A stretch of 64,000 bases of DNA from Octopus sinensis. Taxonomy: Eukaryota. Below the pieces are notes generated by a model, which was not told where the DNA came from, searched no databases, and saw only the letters and a program-made list of their open reading frames with translations. A program made the position numbers and the translations under genes. Positions 62,551 through 64,000 of the stretch are shown here, in pieces. The first letter of the stretch is position 1; each line of letters starts with the position of its first letter. Location: contig NC_043000.1 of NCBI RefSeq assembly GCF_006345805.1, forward strand, positions 139,128,001-139,192,000. Reading direction: 5' to 3'.

Positions 62551-62955
62551 ATAGGCGCAGGAGTGGCTGTGTGGTAAATAGCTTGCTTACCAACCACACA
62601 GTTCCGGGTTCAGTCCCACTGTGTGGCACCTTGGGCAAGTGTCTTCTACTATAGCCTCGGGCCGACCAAAGCCTTGTGAGTGGAATTGGTAGACGGAAAC
62701 TGAAAGAAGCCCGTCGTATATATATATATGTATATGTGTGTGTGTTTGTGTGTCTGTGTTTGTCTCCCCAACATCGCTTGACCACCGATGCTGGTGTGTT
62801 TACGTCCCCATCACTTAGCGGTTCGGCAAAAGAGACCGATAGGATAAGACTAGGCTTACAAAGAATAAGTCCTGGGGTTAATTTGCTCGACTAAGAGGCA
62901 GTGCTCCAGCATGGCCGCAGTCAAATGATTGAAACAAGTAAAAGCGTAAAAGAGT
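62551..62955 (+). mobile_element. SINE family B inserted in a (TA)n tract
   Basis: ATAGGCGCAGGAGTGGCTGTGTGG head, full body, tail into (TA)n. Confidence 0.9.
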
Positions 62956-63062
62956 ATATATATATATATATATATAATTATTATTATTTCAGGGAATAAA
63001 ATCCAGACTTACAAGGAAAAAAATTCAATTTAGAAATACTAAATCAAATTTCACACAATGTA

Positions 63063-63375
63063 ATATATATATATAAAAAATTAGAAAAAAAACACCTTCT
63101 ATCAATTCAAAATGAACAATTAAATTACACCATCAAGAAAATTACATATAATAGAAATATTAAAATTAAAATAACAATAAAATGTCAATGATTAAGTAAA
63201 TTACAAAAAAATAATAATAATAACGTATATAATTATATACATTTTTATTATTATTTTTTTGCAATTTAATCATTGACATCTTATTGTTATTTTATTTTTT
63301 ATATTTCTATTATATATATTTTTCTAGATGGTGTAATTTAATTGTTCATTTTGAATTGATAGGTGTTTTATTTTC

Positions 63376-63400
<25 letters not shown>
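63063..63400. repeat. ~340-bp AT-rich near-perfect palindrome with no spacer
   Basis: Centre GTATATAA|TTATATAC (63225-63240); arms about 165 bp, roughly 90% complementary by eye with small indels; (TA)n at both ends. Confidence 0.9.
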
Positions 63401-63427
<27 letters not shown>

Positions 63428-64000
63428 CATGTAAACAAACGTGCTTTTTGTGGACTTTTTCTTTCTCTGGATTTTTCCTCCACCTCTTTCTGACAATGAG
63501 CTATGCTCGAAATGTTAAAAACTCAAATTTTTTCCACCTTTACTGAATATCAAGCTAGTATATTCCACGTGAATGTTCTCTTGTTCTTTTGTTATTTGTT
63601 ACTGTGTTCAATTGTTAATGTTCAACTTTTAATGTTTGATTTAACTATATATATATATATATAGTCACTAAATCCACAAGTTTTTTATTGTTTCTCTGTT
63701 TATTTTCCCTTATTCCTTTCTGTTGAATAACGTAAACTCAAAACGTAAAAGACTTTCTCACTTTACCAAGCATCAAACTAATACACCTGCTTGTTGTTGA
63801 TACACCTGCCTTCGTCTTTTGTTTTTCTGTAAATTTCAATTATATATATATATATATCATATATCGTACATAATGTTATATATAATGCATACAAAAGAAA
63901 ATAGGTTTGTAAAGCAGTGCTAGGATATCCGAGTAGTATATATGTAATCTTCTACCATCTATATAAGCATTCACATACTGGCTTGCTTTCAGTAGTCGTC

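Overview
AT-rich animal genomic DNA, almost entirely transposable elements and microsatellites. The SINE families look like octopus (coleoid cephalopod) repeats; that assignment is from recall, not a search. I recognise no intact protein-coding gene, rRNA, true tRNA or CRISPR array. Most ORFs in the track are translations of (TA)n/(CA)n/(GAT)n tracts or SINE bodies. Contents: (1) three tRNA-headed SINE families, called A, B and C here, with about 30 copies; (2) a modular RTE-LINE 3'-end family (D) ending in (GAT)n; (3) decayed RTE, CR1/L2-like, Tx1-like and RLE-type LINE fragments; (4) a decayed Penelope-like element and two degenerate Penelope-type minimal hammerhead ribozyme motifs; (5) an old Ty3/Gypsy element at about 16.3-23.4 kb, split by at least six younger insertions; (6) Tc1/mariner fragments, a piggyBac-type MITE and a non-autonomous Helitron; (7) several fold-back palindromes and local duplications; (8) two CpG-retaining promoter-like islands at about 26.5-26.9 kb and 33.9-34.2 kb. 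The most unusual signals are head-to-tail SINE-C concatemers with the same junction at three loci (one trimer inside a single 16-bp TSD, with target sequence copied internally), SINE head/tail module swapping, a 77-bp target-site duplication, and the hammerhead relics. None can be shown to be an undescribed system from sequence alone. Coordinates of decayed elements are approximate.
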